From a virus (Duplodnaviria; Caudoviricetes): 33,318 bases of DNA. The notes below the pieces were generated by a model. It made no database searches. It saw only the letters and a program-made list of their open reading frames with translations, and was not told the DNA's origin. The stretch lies in IMG/VR virus record IMGVR_UViG_3300017716_000805, positions 1 through 33,318 of that record, one strand, 5' to 3'. The position numbers and the translations under genes were made by a program. Shown piece after piece: positions 33,188 to 33,318 of this stretch; the stretch's first letter is position 1; each line of letters opens with the position of its first letter.

Positions 33188-33216
33188 TTGCTATGCTGCA
33201 TCAAATGATGTAGTCT
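33188..33216 (+). promoter_or_regulatory. Promoter for the head (scaffold/capsid) operon
   Basis: TTGCTA-N17-TAGTCT with TGCATCAAAT in the spacer. Confidence 0.55.
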
Positions 33217-33267
33217 AGCCACCAACCGTACTGATGCGGCTCATCAGGAACTCTTTAAGGGTTAAAC

Positions 33268-33318
33268 ATGGACGATAATGTCTTTACCGAAGCGGATGCC
33301 TCCGCGCCAGAACTCGAA
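33268..33318 (+). CDS. 5' end of probable scaffolding protein (truncated by window)
   Basis: AAGGG RBS; acidic MDDNVFTEADASAPELE; scaffold and capsid genes are otherwise missing from the window. Identity inferred. Confidence 0.55.
   Translation, partial: MDDNVFTEADASAPELE

Noticed and set aside
1-33318. Stop-codon reassignment, introns/inteins, DGR or retron
   Set aside because: Genes tile under the standard code using TAA, TGA and TAG; PolA, TerL and helicase are uninterrupted and of normal size; no reverse transcriptase motifs seen.

Overview
Most of a podovirus-type (P22-like morphogenesis, APSE-like replication) dsDNA phage genome infecting a Gram-negative host. An alphaproteobacterial host is plausible from promoter and boxA style but is only inferred. 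The window appears circularly permuted: it opens inside a structural gene and ends at the start of a probable scaffold gene, so the scaffold and major capsid genes are probably just outside it. Order: late structural genes (gp4-like adaptor, gp10-like protein, GNAT, three ejection proteins); lysis cassette (holins, M15 endolysin, Rz/Rz1); HTH-metallophosphoesterase; leftward DUF3310/SNF2 helicase/VRR-NUC; rightward DUF2800/SSB/PolA/primase-helicase; leftward cluster of small early genes; a ~700 bp repeat-rich non-coding region (probable ori/packaging region); TerS/TerL, four very basic small proteins, portal, ferritin-like protein, fibre and tailspike. No integrase, repressor, tRNA or CRISPR was seen. 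The most notable signals are non-coding. (i) A ~63 nt two-hairpin candidate sRNA with anti-Shine-Dalgarno loops converges on a strongly promoted, boxA-carrying orphan ORF, and its first loop is complementary to that ORF's start region (type I toxin-antitoxin-like geometry). (ii) A TGCATCAAA motif is shared by three promoters. (iii) Structured leaders precede PolA and the scaffold gene. (iv) Two genes look leaderless, one starting with CTG. Family assignments are from motif recognition, not database searches.
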